From: Spirochaetota bacterium
GTDB taxonomy: Bacteria; Spirochaetota; UBA4802; UB4802
Direction of reading: 5' to 3'
Assembly: GCA_026414805.1 (NCBI GenBank)
Contig: JAOAIH010000008.1
Coordinates: forward strand, 1 to 64,000
DNA: 64,000 nucleotides
Shown here one piece after another: positions 1-10,607 of the stretch. A program made the translations under genes and the position numbers. Below the pieces are notes generated by a model. That model was not told the origin of the DNA. It made no database searches and saw nothing but the letters and a program-made list of their open reading frames with translations. How positions within the stretch are numbered: position 1 is the first letter of the stretch; each line of letters starts with the position of its first letter.

Positions 1-48
1 AAAAATTTAAAAAAAAATTGAGGATTTTTTTAAGAAAGTACCTTTTGA

Positions 49-164
49 ATGGGGTCAGAGCAATATAACAATGGTGTCAGAGTAAAAAACTTATGGTGCA
101 GTGTTTCAAGCTTATGATAATAGTTATAATCGCAGGGTATTATTTTAGGGTCAGAGCAAAAGGA
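49..164 (+). repeat. cluster of TGG(G/T)GTCAGAG(C/T)AA motif copies upstream of the beta-oxidation operon
   Basis: Copies at 49-63 (atggggtcagagcaa), 71-85 (atggtgtcagagtaa), 146-160 (ttagggtcagagcaa), and again at the start codon (400-415, atgggtgtcagagcaa). All are on the same strand. Confidence 0.5.
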
Positions 165-330
165 GTTTCAGATATTGGGAAATCTTTCAAGTTTATTACT
201 AGTAACTATCGCTCAATTTTAAATATAAACACTGATAAACATTGAAGCACATATCATAATCAAATTAACATATTTGCATTTTTTTACCTCCACCTTATAG
301 ATAGAATATAAAAAAATGAATACAAAAAGC

Positions 331-366
331 TTGACAAATAATGGCACAAAGGTTAATGGTTATTCA
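331..366 (+). promoter_or_regulatory. candidate sigma70-type promoter of the beta-oxidation operon
   Basis: TTGACA (331-336), 17-bp spacer, TAATGG (354-359). A GAGGAGG RBS lies about 7 nt upstream of the ATG at 400. Confidence 0.35.
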
Positions 367-399
367 TTCATTATATATTTATAGTTCAGAGGAGGCATT

Positions 400-1560
400 A
401 TGGGTGTCAGAGCAATTAAAAAAGTCACGGTTATAGGTGCAGGTGCCATGGGCAATGGTATAGCAGAAATTCATATTTTGAATGGATTTACCGTAACCAT
501 GGTAGATATTAAAGAAGAAGTATTACAAAAGGCTATCGACAAAATAAAAACAAATATTGCTTTTCTTGTTAATAAAGAAAAAATAACTCAGCAGGCCATG
601 GATGAAGCCTTGTCGCGGCTTTCTATATCTACTGATATTGCAGCATCGGTACATAATGCAGATTGTATTATAGAAGCAGTGCCAGAGGTAATGGATTTGA
701 AGAAAAATATATTTAAAACTGTATCAGATGCAGCACCTAAGGATGCAATTATAGCAAGCAATACTTCATCCCTGAGTATCAGTGAACTGGCTGAAGTGGT
801 GTCAGAGCCCTCACGTTTTGCAGGTTTTCACTTTTTTAACCCTGTGAACCGCATGCGTCTAGTTGAAGTAATTTATGGCCAAAAAACCTCTGATGACACT
901 ATTGAAGCATTGATGGAGCTGGGAACAAAATTGGGAAAGGTTGCCATCAAAGTATTGCGTGACCGGCCAGGTTTCATTGTGAACAGAATTAATGCTCCGC
1001 TCCAACCTTTATGGAGCGCAATTTTGGATGAAGGGAAAATATCACCTGCAAGCATTGATACTGTAATGAAGAATCATGGCGCAAAAATGGGACCTTTTGA
1101 ACTTATGGATTTTGTGGGACTGGATGTTATTTATAATGTGATGCAGTATTATAAAACCACTCTTTCACCTGAATGGGAACCCGGCAGGTTCATTAAAGAT
1201 TGTATAAAGAAAAATGAATTGGGCATGAAAACAGGCAAAGGTATATACGTATGGCAGGGTGGCAAAGCAATTATAGATACATCAACTGTTACAGATTATA
1301 TATTGCCAATTGATCCATTAGCAATCCAGCTTAATGAGTCGGTACGTGTATTAAAAGAAAAAGTGGCTGCCAGTGCTGAAGATATTGATAAAGGTCAGGA
1401 AGCAGGTATGAATCAGCCTGGACCTTTTAAAACAGCTATGAATGTTGATCATACGCTCCTAGCACAGCGATTACAATGGCTTAGTGACACATATAATTTG
1501 AGTTATATCAAACCCGAACCTGAAATTCTTGATGGAAGTTTTAGATCATTTTTGAAATGA
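400..1560 (+). CDS. hbd: 3-hydroxyacyl-CoA (3-hydroxybutyryl-CoA) dehydrogenase with a C-terminal extension
   Basis: N-terminal Rossmann motif VTVIGAGAMGNGIAE. Conserved NTSS and NPV motifs of the 3HCDH family. 386 aa, strong RBS. Confidence 0.85.
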   Translation: MGVRAIKKVTVIGAGAMGNGIAEIHILNGFTVTMVDIKEEVLQKAIDKIKTNIAFLVNKEKITQQAMDEALSRLSISTDIAASVHNADCIIEAVPEVMDLKKNIFKTVSDAAPKDAIIASNTSSLSISELAEVVSEPSRFAGFHFFNPVNRMRLVEVIYGQKTSDDTIEALMELGTKLGKVAIKVLRDRPGFIVNRINAPLQPLWSAILDEGKISPASIDTVMKNHGAKMGPFELMDFVGLDVIYNVMQYYKTTLSPEWEPGRFIKDCIKKNELGMKTGKGIYVWQGGKAIIDTSTVTDYILPIDPLAIQLNESVRVLKEKVAASAEDIDKGQEAGMNQPGPFKTAMNVDHTLLAQRLQWLSDTYNLSYIKPEPEILDGSFRSFLK

Positions 1561-1609
1561 ACGCATGTTGAAACAAGTGTACCCAAACACTTTTATCTGG
1601 AGGAAGAAT

Positions 1610-2383
1610 ATGGACGTGCACAATTTTATTGTAACTGAGGTGAAGAATTCTATAGCGTATGTGTTTATTAACAGAACAGAAGTTATGAATGCACTCAACA
1701 GGGCATTATTAAACCAATTAGGAGATAGGATCGATGCTGTATGTAGTGATAGTGGGGTCAGAGCACTCATTATTGCTGGCAAAGGAGATCACTTTGCAGC
1801 AGGTGCGGACATTGTTGAAATGTCAAATCAGACGCCACATGAGGCATTAGCCTTTAGTTTTAACGATGTGTATAATCGGATTGAACAATTGCATATACCA
1901 ACCTGTGCTGCAATAAGGGGATATGCGCTAGGAGGTGGGTTGGAGCTGGCGCTTGCATGTGATTTCAGAGTATGCCACACGTCTGCCCAGTTAGGACTTC
2001 CTGAAATAAAATTAGGCATTATTCCCGGTGCAGGTGGCACCCAGCGTTTGCCTCGCCTCATTGGATTGAGCCGCGCAAAAGAAATGATTTATAGCGGAGA
2101 GTTTATCACAGCCCAAAAGGCATATCAATGGGGTTTGTGCGATAGAGTAACTGATAATGATCCTATTGAAGAAGCTACAAACTTTTTACAATCTATTATC
2201 AAACGTCCTGTATTAGCATTACAGGCAGCTAAAAAAGCAATTATGTTTGGTGCCGATAGCTCCTTGCAAAAGGGCTTAGAGTTTGAGGCATTATCGTTTG
2301 GAGTATTGTTTTCAACTTATGACCAGAAAGAAGGCATGAATGCATTCATCGAAAAACGGAAACCTAACTTTAAAGGATATTAG
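1610..2383 (+). CDS. crt: enoyl-CoA hydratase (crotonase family)
   Basis: Crotonase signatures FAAGADI and [20 protein letters not shown]. The ATG at 1610 with a GGAGG RBS is preferred over the upstream ATG at 1565. Confidence 0.85.
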   Translation: MDVHNFIVTEVKNSIAYVFINRTEVMNALNRALLNQLGDRIDAVCSDSGVRALIIAGKGDHFAAGADIVEMSNQTPHEALAFSFNDVYNRIEQLHIPTCAAIRGYALGGGLELALACDFRVCHTSAQLGLPEIKLGIIPGAGGTQRLPRLIGLSRAKEMIYSGEFITAQKAYQWGLCDRVTDNDPIEEATNFLQSIIKRPVLALQAAKKAIMFGADSSLQKGLEFEALSFGVLFSTYDQKEGMNAFIEKRKPNFKGY

Positions 2384-2398
2384 AAGAGGAGGTTGTTT

Positions 2399-3583
2399 AT
2401 GGAAAATAATGATGTTGTGATAGTTTCTGCATGCAGGTTAGCAATTGGCAAGTTTGGTGGAATGTATGCCACTATGAGTGCATTGGATTTAACAATTCCA
2501 GTAATGAAAGAACTTGTTGCACGTGCAAAAATAGATCCTGAGATAATTGATGATTGTATCTGGGGATGTAATTATCAAAAAACAAATGGCGAGAATAATC
2601 TTGCGCGTGTTGCTTTAGTAAAAGCTGGTCTTCCCATTACAGTGCCTGGTATAACTGTTCATAGAAACTGCACGTCATCTATGTCATCGGTACAATTGGG
2701 CTATTATCAGATAAAATCGGGTGAAGCAGATTGTATTGTAGCAGGTGGGACAGATAGCATGAGCAATGCACAGTACACAGTTGATAAGATGCGATATGGC
2801 ACCCGCATAGGCCATACCGAAATTCGTGATTCAATGTGGGATTCACTTACAAACTTGGGTATAGGTCCTGCTATGGGTATAACTGCTGAAAATTTAGCAG
2901 CAAAGTACGCAATATCACGTAAAGAGCAGGATGAATTAGCATTGCTATCGCATAGAAGAGCCATTGCAGCAATTGACAGTGGATATTTTAAGGATGAGAT
3001 AGTTCCTATTGAAGTTAAAATACAAAAAGATACAATCGTTGCACAGACTGATGAGCATCCTCGGCGTGATGTAACAATAGAAAAGCTATCAGCATTAAAA
3101 CCAGCATTTAAAGAAGACGGTACTGTCACGGCAGGGAATGCATCAGGTATAAATGATGGTGCAGCTGGAGTGATTCTCATGTCAGCAAAGAAAGCAAAAG
3201 AATTGAAAGTGCCAATATTGGGTAGAATTATATCAACTGCAACTGCGGGTGTTGACCCGGATATTATGGGTATTGGGCCAGTACCAGCAAGCAGGAAGGC
3301 ACTGGCAAAAGCAGGGTTATCATTAAAAGATATACACCTGGTTGAACTTAATGAAGCATTTGCTGCACAGTATTTGGCATGTGAAAAAGAATTAGGCCTT
3401 AACAGAGATATCACTAATGTAAATGGCAGCGGCATCTCATTGGGGCATCCAGTTGGCGCTACAGGTGTACGGCTTATTGTAACACTGGTACACGAAATGA
3501 AGCGAAGAAAAGTAAAATATGGCCTTGCCACATTATGTGCAGGAGGAGGTATGGGTACTGCTGTAATCATTGAGAACATATAA
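2399..3583 (+). CDS. acetyl-CoA acetyltransferase (thiolase II)
   Basis: Thiolase active-site context NCTSSM, GHPVGATG and C-terminal CAGGGMG. A GAGGAGG RBS lies 6 nt before the ATG at 2399; the ORF-track TTG at 2393 is unlikely. Confidence 0.85.
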   Translation: MENNDVVIVSACRLAIGKFGGMYATMSALDLTIPVMKELVARAKIDPEIIDDCIWGCNYQKTNGENNLARVALVKAGLPITVPGITVHRNCTSSMSSVQLGYYQIKSGEADCIVAGGTDSMSNAQYTVDKMRYGTRIGHTEIRDSMWDSLTNLGIGPAMGITAENLAAKYAISRKEQDELALLSHRRAIAAIDSGYFKDEIVPIEVKIQKDTIVAQTDEHPRRDVTIEKLSALKPAFKEDGTVTAGNASGINDGAAGVILMSAKKAKELKVPILGRIISTATAGVDPDIMGIGPVPASRKALAKAGLSLKDIHLVELNEAFAAQYLACEKELGLNRDITNVNGSGISLGHPVGATGVRLIVTLVHEMKRRKVKYGLATLCAGGGMGTAVIIENI

Positions 3584-3601
3584 CATAAAAGGGGGATCGG
3601 A

Positions 3602-5443
3602 ATGCGCCCAAATCTTTTAGTGGATTCACGTGATGTAAGATTTATATTATTTGAAATGTTTGATATTTTACAACTTTCAAAGTTTGATATATATAAAGAT
3701 TTTGATAGGGATACGTATGAGTCAGTTCTGGATTTAGCTGAAACTATTGCGATGGAAGAGATATATCCCGCAAATACTATTGCAGATAAAGAAGGAATAA
3801 AATTTGATCCGGATACTCACACTGTTGTGGTGCCACAAGTTTTTAAAAAAGCGATGCATGCATTTAATGAAGCGGGATTTACAGGTATAGCACAACCAAT
3901 ATCAAGTGGTGGAATGGGGATGCCCGAACTTATGTACCGCATGGCACTGGAGTATTTTTTGGCAGCAAGTATTTCATTTACTATTTATATAACGTTGTCA
4001 AATGGTGCCACTAATCTTGTTCGCATTTTTGGCAATGAAGAACAAAAGCGCCTGTATTTGGGAAATATGGTAAGCGGTAAATGGGGCGGCACAATGTGTT
4101 TGACTGAACCGCAGGCGGGCTCAGATGTTGGAGCTATAAAAACAAAAGCATATCGACAAAGTGATGGTACCTATTCAATTAAGGGACAAAAGATATTCAT
4201 ATCTTCGGGGGAGAATGACCTGTACGAGAATATTATTCATATGGTATTGGCACGAATTGACGGTGACCCTGATGGTACCAAAGGTTTGTCCTTATTCCTT
4301 GTTCCTAAAATACTGGTCAATTCTGATGGAACTTTAGGAAAGCGAAACGATGTCATATGCACAGGTGTTGAACATAAAATGGGTATTAAAGCTTCCGCAA
4401 CCTGTACATTGAGTTTTGGGGATAATGATTGCTGTGTTGGATACCTGTTGGGGAATGAACGCGATGGCATCAAGAATATGTTTCACATGATGAACGAAGC
4501 TCGCCTTGACGTGGGGCTGGAAGGATTGGGTGTTTCAAGTGCAGCGTATATGCATGCTGTGCAGTATGCAAAGTTGCGAGTACAAGGCAAGACTATTTCT
4601 AAAAGTGAGCCAACAATCATAGGGCATCCAGATGTAAAGAGAATGCTTTTGTGGATGAAATCACATGTGGAAGCTATGCGAATGCTTGTTGCTCTTACTG
4701 CATTTAACATCGATATTTCAAGAACTCGGAATGACGAAATTGGAAAGAAAGCTCATGCTCTTGTTGAGTTTTTAATTCCTATCTGCAAGGCAGGGAATAC
4801 TGATTTATCGTGGTTAATTACTGCAGAGGCTGTTCAGGTATTTGGAGGGTATGGATATTGTGGTGATTATCCTGTAGAACAATATGCGCGTGATGCAAAG
4901 ATATTGTCAATATATGAAGGCACCAATGGCATTCAGTCAATTGATCTTGCAATGCGTAAAATTGTATCTGATGAAAAAAGGGAGCGTTATAATGCTTATA
5001 AGGAATATGCATACCAAGTTTTAAAAAATGCGGGGGCGATAGTACCTGATGCAATAATCAAAGAAATTGAAAAAGCAATCAAAGAAATGGATTCACTTAT
5101 TGGTATCATTGAAGGCAAAGATGCTTCGGCGGTATTAAGTATAGCAACTCCTTTGCAGCAGGCATTCAGAATACTGACACATGGAATTTTACATGTACAT
5201 TCAATGACCATTGCTATAAAGAAATTATCTTCGATTGTCAGAGAATATACATTGGGAGATGTTCCTGATGGTATAGACGATAACAATGAAGTAGCATTTT
5301 ATTATGGTAAAGTTCTTTCTGCACAATTTTTTCTAAATATGGAATTTCCAAAATATTATAGCCTGCTTGATAGCATCCGCAATGAGAATGGCATTGTCAT
5401 GAAAGCAAAGGCAGCAATTTTTACCGGAGTTCAGGAAGCATAA
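3602..5443 (+). CDS. acyl-CoA dehydrogenase, long (about 600 aa) FadE-like form
   Basis: ACAD middle and C-terminal motifs (CLTEPQAGSD, YEGTNGIQ) in a 613-aa protein with an extra C-terminal domain. Follows the thiolase with a GGGGGA RBS. Confidence 0.8.
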   Translation: MRPNLLVDSRDVRFILFEMFDILQLSKFDIYKDFDRDTYESVLDLAETIAMEEIYPANTIADKEGIKFDPDTHTVVVPQVFKKAMHAFNEAGFTGIAQPISSGGMGMPELMYRMALEYFLAASISFTIYITLSNGATNLVRIFGNEEQKRLYLGNMVSGKWGGTMCLTEPQAGSDVGAIKTKAYRQSDGTYSIKGQKIFISSGENDLYENIIHMVLARIDGDPDGTKGLSLFLVPKILVNSDGTLGKRNDVICTGVEHKMGIKASATCTLSFGDNDCCVGYLLGNERDGIKNMFHMMNEARLDVGLEGLGVSSAAYMHAVQYAKLRVQGKTISKSEPTIIGHPDVKRMLLWMKSHVEAMRMLVALTAFNIDISRTRNDEIGKKAHALVEFLIPICKAGNTDLSWLITAEAVQVFGGYGYCGDYPVEQYARDAKILSIYEGTNGIQSIDLAMRKIVSDEKRERYNAYKEYAYQVLKNAGAIVPDAIIKEIEKAIKEMDSLIGIIEGKDASAVLSIATPLQQAFRILTHGILHVHSMTIAIKKLSSIVREYTLGDVPDGIDDNNEVAFYYGKVLSAQFFLNMEFPKYYSLLDSIRNENGIVMKAKAAIFTGVQEA

Positions 5444-5447
5444 TACA

Positions 5448-6338
5448 ATGAAGTTGCATGAATCAGTATATATCCATAATGCCGATGTAACGCCGCGCGG
5501 AAAAAGAGCTCTCATCGTTGAAGGTGGAGGCATGCGCGGCGTTTTTTCTGCCGGTGTCCTTTTCGCTATGGGGTTAGGAGGAGTTACACAATTTGATCTG
5601 TACATAGGGGTATCGGCTGGTGCATGTAATTTGGCATCATTTCTTGGTCGGCAGTATGAACGCAATTTTTACATAATGGAAAAGTGGTCGGCTTCAAAGC
5701 GGTTTATCAATCCATTGCGGTTATTGTATGGCAATGTAATGGATTTAGACTGGCTATGGGATACTACTATCAGTAACTATCGCCTAAACTTAAAAGAAAT
5801 ATTTAAGGATACAACAAAAGAGTTCCTTATTGTGGTTACCTCAATGAATACAGGGAAGGCACTGTACATTAAGCCATGTGAAGATAATCTTGAATTTGTT
5901 TTGAAAGCTTCAAGTGCCTTACCAATTTTATATAGAAATACATTGTACATTGATGGGCACCGTGTAGCTGATGGTGGTGTAGGTGATTCAATTCCTGTTT
6001 TAGAAGCATACAAAAGAGGTGCTCGTGATATTGTCGTCATTCGTTCGCAGGGCAAGGGGTACAGAAAAAATAATATAAAGTTTAAGCCTATTTTAAAAAT
6101 ACTATTTTTACGCTATCCAGAATTTACTCATGCTTTGATGCAAAGGCATACGATGTATAATGCTGCGATTGAATTTATTGAAAAGCCACCGGGTGATGTA
6201 CGGATTATAGAAGTGTGCCCGCCTGCTACATTCAAAACTAAGCGCACAACAACTCATACACAAAAACTTTTAAAAGATTATTATACAGGCATACAGGCTG
6301 GTTATGCACTATGCAGGTATTATAAACAATTTTTATAG
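5448..6338 (+). CDS. patatin-like phospholipase
   Basis: GGGMRG oxyanion motif, GVSAG (GxSxG nucleophile elbow) and a DGG catalytic Asp motif. Confidence 0.8.
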   Translation: MKLHESVYIHNADVTPRGKRALIVEGGGMRGVFSAGVLFAMGLGGVTQFDLYIGVSAGACNLASFLGRQYERNFYIMEKWSASKRFINPLRLLYGNVMDLDWLWDTTISNYRLNLKEIFKDTTKEFLIVVTSMNTGKALYIKPCEDNLEFVLKASSALPILYRNTLYIDGHRVADGGVGDSIPVLEAYKRGARDIVVIRSQGKGYRKNNIKFKPILKILFLRYPEFTHALMQRHTMYNAAIEFIEKPPGDVRIIEVCPPATFKTKRTTTHTQKLLKDYYTGIQAGYALCRYYKQFL

Positions 6339-6403
6339 AATGGAGGATTTATATGGAACGCATTTGGGAAAAATATTATGATTTCTGGTATCATCCCGTT
6401 AAT

Positions 6404-7012
6404 TTATTGATCTTGTGGTAACGAAGCAAGTTCAGGATACCGTGCATTCACTTTGCTGTAGAAATCCTTTATAATCTGAAAATCAGCTTTCATATTACCA
6501 GTAGGATATACCACAGCCCCCACACCTCCTGATTTTGATTTGTAATCTAAAAATGCCAGAATTATAGGAACATTGGCTCCTACTGCAATATGATAGAAAC
6601 CAGTTTTCCATTTTTCAACTTTTTTACGTGTTCCTTCTGGAGCTAATGCAATAGCAAATTTTTCATATTTTTTATATAAATCTATAGTTGCCTGTACGGT
6701 ATTACTTGATACAGAACGATCAATAGGTATTCCACCTAAGAAACGGACAAGTGGTGCAAACGGGAAACGGAATAGCTGACTTTTAGCCATAAAATATATA
6801 TCAACTTTGAATGCGAAAGCAAGTAAAATGCCATAAAATACATCCCAGTTTGATGTGTGAAAAGCTAAAATAGCCAGATATTGTGGCACATCAGGCAATG
6901 TCCCTACTTTTTTCCATCCTACCAGCATTCTTATTAGAAATGCAAGTATACGAAGTATATGTTTAATTATAGGAGTATTGAACATTGTGTACTGGATTCT
7001 TTTTTTTGTCAT
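6404..7012 (-). CDS. 1-acyl-sn-glycerol-3-phosphate (lysophospholipid) acyltransferase, PlsC family
   Basis: HxxxxD motif (HTSNWD) and APEGTR motif. 202 aa. Confidence 0.75.
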   Translation of the reverse strand: MTKKRIQYTMFNTPIIKHILRILAFLIRMLVGWKKVGTLPDVPQYLAILAFHTSNWDVFYGILLAFAFKVDIYFMAKSQLFRFPFAPLVRFLGGIPIDRSVSSNTVQATIDLYKKYEKFAIALAPEGTRKKVEKWKTGFYHIAVGANVPIILAFLDYKSKSGGVGAVVYPTGNMKADFQIIKDFYSKVNARYPELASLPQDQ

Positions 7013-7117
7013 GGTAACTATCGCCCTTATTTAAAAAATTTTTTGGCGATTACACTATAGTATTGATAATAATACAATCATATTTTATGATGTAATGCAA
7101 AAAAAGTAGGATACAAT

Positions 7118-7804
7118 ATGAATTCATTCAACTGGAACTGCAGTGTACAGGAAGCCATTGAATTACAGAAACATCTTTCGCATAGTGTAATTGTAAAAGG
7201 AAAACCGGATAAAATAGAGTACATTGCTGGCATTGATGTTGCTCTGACCCCTTTGGGTGTTGGTTATTGTATTATTGCTGTTTTCAGCTTTCCTGAATTG
7301 AAGTTTTGTGAAGAAGTTTTTAGTTCTGGCCCAATTACATTTCCGTATGTTCCAGGGCTTTTATCATTCAGAGAAGGACCTCTGATAGTACAGGCGTATA
7401 AAAAGTTAAACATTAAACCAGATATCCTTATTTTTGATGGTCAGGGTATTGCTCATCCCAGACGTTTTGGTATTGCTTCGCATATTGGGGTGTTGCTTGA
7501 TATCCCAGCAATAGGCTGTGCAAAATCACGGTTATGTGGTACATACAGTGAGCCTGGTATCAGTAAGGGAGACAGATCCTATCTTTATGACAATGGTGAG
7601 TGTATAGGTGTGGTATTGCGAACACGTACACGAGTAAAGCCTGTTTTTGTATCACCAGGAAATAAAGTTGGTATAGATGAAGCTGCAGACATTATACTGA
7701 AATGTACCGATAACTATCGTATACCAGTACCTACACGCTATGCACATTGTAGAGTGGGAGAGTATAAAAGAAATGCAGTTGATACCAATGAAAAAAATAG
7801 TTGA
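7118..7804 (+). CDS. nfi: endonuclease V (deoxyinosine 3' endonuclease)
   Basis: Nfi motifs GIDVA, PYVPGLLSFRE and DGQGIAHPRRFGIASHIGV. Confidence 0.85.
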   Translation: MNSFNWNCSVQEAIELQKHLSHSVIVKGKPDKIEYIAGIDVALTPLGVGYCIIAVFSFPELKFCEEVFSSGPITFPYVPGLLSFREGPLIVQAYKKLNIKPDILIFDGQGIAHPRRFGIASHIGVLLDIPAIGCAKSRLCGTYSEPGISKGDRSYLYDNGECIGVVLRTRTRVKPVFVSPGNKVGIDEAADIILKCTDNYRIPVPTRYAHCRVGEYKRNAVDTNEKNS

Positions 7805-7962
7805 TTTTTAAAAAATAATAACATGTTGTATGGATTACTTTAAATTATATATCATAAAGGTTTATAAATTATATACTATGCTATGTTTAATAATTTTTGA
7901 AAGTATAAAAGATTGCTATGAATGATAATTGAGGCAAGAATAATACACATTAATTTGTATTG

Positions 7963-8664
7963 ATGGTGAATGTAATGAACCAAATACAATGTAATATTTG
8001 TAAAAAGATGTTCTGGGAAGAGAATATGATAGTTGGACATGGTATTAACCATGAAATAGAAGATTTAATCAGAAAGGATTATCCTGAATGGAATGATTTT
8101 TGCTGGATATGTAAAAATGATCTTAATGCTTTTAAAATAAAATATATTATGAATCTTATTGAAAGCGAAAAAGGAAGTATAGAAAATCTTGAAAGAGAGG
8201 TTATTCAAAGTATACAAGAAAATGATTTATTAACATTTAATACAAATTTGCCCAAAGAAAAGTTGAAGATTAGGGAAAGAATAGCAGATAAAGTTGCATC
8301 ATTTGGTGGAAGCTGGAAGTTTATAATAATATTTATTTCTATTTTAGTAATGTGGATAGTTATTAACGGTTTCTATATTATTAATAAGCCATTTGATCCC
8401 TATCCATTTATATTATTAAATTTAATTTTATCATGTTTAGCTGCTTTGCAAGCACCAATTATAATGATGAGTCAGAATCGTCAGGAAATGAAAGATCGTA
8501 TCCGTTCAGAGAATGATTATAAAATAAATTTAAAATCTGAAATTGAAATTAGAACCTTACATGAAAAAGTTGACCATTTATTGCTTGATCAATGGTCGAA
8601 AATGATGAAAATACAGCAAGTCCAACTGGAGATATTAGAAGAAATAAGTAATAAGTTTAAATGA
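7963..8664 (+). CDS. DUF1003-family membrane protein with an N-terminal Cys-rich (CxxC ... CWIC) region
   Basis: PFDPYPFILLNL...AALQAPIIMMSQNRQ matches the conserved DUF1003 core. Two TM helices. The N-terminus carries CNICKK and CWICKND pairs. Confidence 0.55.
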   Translation: MVNVMNQIQCNICKKMFWEENMIVGHGINHEIEDLIRKDYPEWNDFCWICKNDLNAFKIKYIMNLIESEKGSIENLEREVIQSIQENDLLTFNTNLPKEKLKIRERIADKVASFGGSWKFIIIFISILVMWIVINGFYIINKPFDPYPFILLNLILSCLAALQAPIIMMSQNRQEMKDRIRSENDYKINLKSEIEIRTLHEKVDHLLLDQWSKMMKIQQVQLEILEEISNKFK

Positions 8665-8862
8665 GTAAACATTATCCTTTGCTTTATTCTATTACTGTAG
8701 TGGTAATTTGATTTAATATTGGTGAAATAATTGGTTAGCAGAATGAAAGGTTTATAGGGAATATCTTTTTTTGAAAGATTGTATAGTACTTTCCTAATAT
8801 TCAATAAGAATATGATCAATTATTTAGCCTTGCCATGTAACAAATAATAATGGTGGTATTAT

Positions 8863-10431
8863 ATGAATGTATCTTTGACTAATGATTTTTCTTCTTATAT
8901 CAATCAACTTATTTATTCGTGGCTCAAAACCTTGATCCTTCTTGGATCTGTTCTTGTTCCAGGGTTTTTGATCCTAGATTATGTTATAACTCCACATGAA
9001 TTATTCCCGCGTTTTGTTGTATATAGAGCGGTATCCACAACACTGTTGATATTCCAGTATTTCATTTTGCGCATGTCAAAACCTGGCAGGTTTAATATAA
9101 TACATGGCTATGCAGCAACGTTGAATACAGGTTTTGTTATTTCCCTGATGACTGTTGACTTGGGTGGTTTTGCTTCCAGTTATTATGCAGGGCTTAACCT
9201 GGTTATCATTGGTGTTAATCTGTTAATTCCATGGCCATTTATTCATTCTTTGATTAATGGACTTGTTGTGGTGAGCATGTATGTAGGGCTTAATATTATC
9301 GCAATAGATTCTATTGATTATATAAGTATGATAAATAATCTTTTCTTTATGATATCAACAGTAGTCATCACTGCTAGTTTTAGCTATTTACGCTTTAAAC
9401 AGCTAAAAAGTGAATTTGATTTACGTGCACAGCTCACAAATGCTCAGGTTGATGAAATACAGGCTCTTGTGAATGTTGCTACAATTATCTCACGGGGTGA
9501 CCTTACAGTTACTATTAGTACATCTTCGGGTGGTGCTGCTGGAGCGCTTGAGCAGGCATTCAGCGTCATGGTGGCAAACTTAAGGCAGGCAATACAGCAA
9601 TTTAAAGAGCTTTCGCAAAATCTTACACTCTACAGTGATACAATTAAAGATAGCACCACCGCAATTCAAAAAGGTGTAGATGTACAGTTGCAGGTTACAA
9701 GCAATGCATCACATATAATTCAGAATATGACTCAGTGGTTTTCAAAAAATGCGCGCGAATCTGAAGATATACAAAAGCTGGCAAATAATGCAATACACGC
9801 TGCTACTGAAAGCAGCGCGTTGATGGATAAAGCAATTAAAAGCATGAACAGGATTGCACAGGTTGCAAAAATATCTTCACAGGAAGTTGAATCATTAAGC
9901 CAGTCCAGTAAAAGAATTCATGAAATAGCAGAAGCAATTGAGGAGATAGCTGACCAGACTAACCTTTTGGCACTCAATGCAGCTATAGAAGCAGCGCGGG
10001 CTGGAGAGCATGGACGAGGGTTTGCGGTTGTTTCTGACGAGGTAAGTAAATTAGCTGACCGTACAAGCAGAGCAACTAAAGAAATATCCACTATGACGGA
10101 GAGGATAATCAGAGATATTGCAAATACTGCAAGTGCCATGTTTGAAGTAAATAAAGAAGTTGAGACATCTTCTGCACTTATTACCAGTATGAACAGCCAG
10201 ATGAATGAATTGGTGAACCTTGCGCACAAGTTTAATTCCTTAATTGCACATATTTCACAATCTTCAAAAGACCAGTCAGTGCTGATTGCTGATGCTGGAA
10301 AAACACTCCACAGTATAAATGCTGTTTCCGATGAGCTATCGCAACTTGTAAAAGATATTAATGGTATTGTAAACGGAATGTATGAGTTGATAGAGAAACT
10401 TGAAACTATGGTGAAGGAATTTAAAGTGTAA
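8863..10431 (+). CDS. methyl-accepting chemotaxis protein with a multi-helix membrane N-terminus
   Basis: Highly conserved MCP signalling hairpin [34 protein letters not shown]. About 5-6 predicted TM helices at the N-terminus. Confidence 0.85.
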   Translation: MNVSLTNDFSSYINQLIYSWLKTLILLGSVLVPGFLILDYVITPHELFPRFVVYRAVSTTLLIFQYFILRMSKPGRFNIIHGYAATLNTGFVISLMTVDLGGFASSYYAGLNLVIIGVNLLIPWPFIHSLINGLVVVSMYVGLNIIAIDSIDYISMINNLFFMISTVVITASFSYLRFKQLKSEFDLRAQLTNAQVDEIQALVNVATIISRGDLTVTISTSSGGAAGALEQAFSVMVANLRQAIQQFKELSQNLTLYSDTIKDSTTAIQKGVDVQLQVTSNASHIIQNMTQWFSKNARESEDIQKLANNAIHAATESSALMDKAIKSMNRIAQVAKISSQEVESLSQSSKRIHEIAEAIEEIADQTNLLALNAAIEAARAGEHGRGFAVVSDEVSKLADRTSRATKEISTMTERIIRDIANTASAMFEVNKEVETSSALITSMNSQMNELVNLAHKFNSLIAHISQSSKDQSVLIADAGKTLHSINAVSDELSQLVKDINGIVNGMYELIEKLETMVKEFKV

Positions 10432-10607
10432 TGTGAAATATTTTTTATTGACGAATATAAATATCAATTCTACAATTCAAAAAAATCACTTTTTTAATTG
10501 TTTGTAATATTTCCTTATTGCACAATCATATAGATTACTGTTTGTATATTTACAATAAGTTATAGCAATAGTCATTTCCAAAAATATTCTTTAACTGGTG
10601 CCATTCA

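Noticed and set aside
1565-1609. Upstream ATG start for the crotonase gene (MLKQVYPNTFIWRKN...)
   Set aside because: The ATG at 1610 has a well-placed GGAGG RBS and gives the conserved crotonase N-terminus. The extension lacks an RBS and abuts the hbd stop.
2707-3579. 290-aa ORF antisense to the thiolase gene. Similar long antisense or out-of-frame ORFs include 24086-24601 in amt, 55052-55810 and 56099-56506 in the PiT gene, 40869-41354 in ftsA, 42038-42445 in ftsZ, and 60668-60868 in recB.
   Set aside because: Each lies entirely inside a well-supported conserved gene on the other strand or frame. They have Ser/Pro/Ala-rich low-complexity translations typical of shadow ORFs and lack an RBS.
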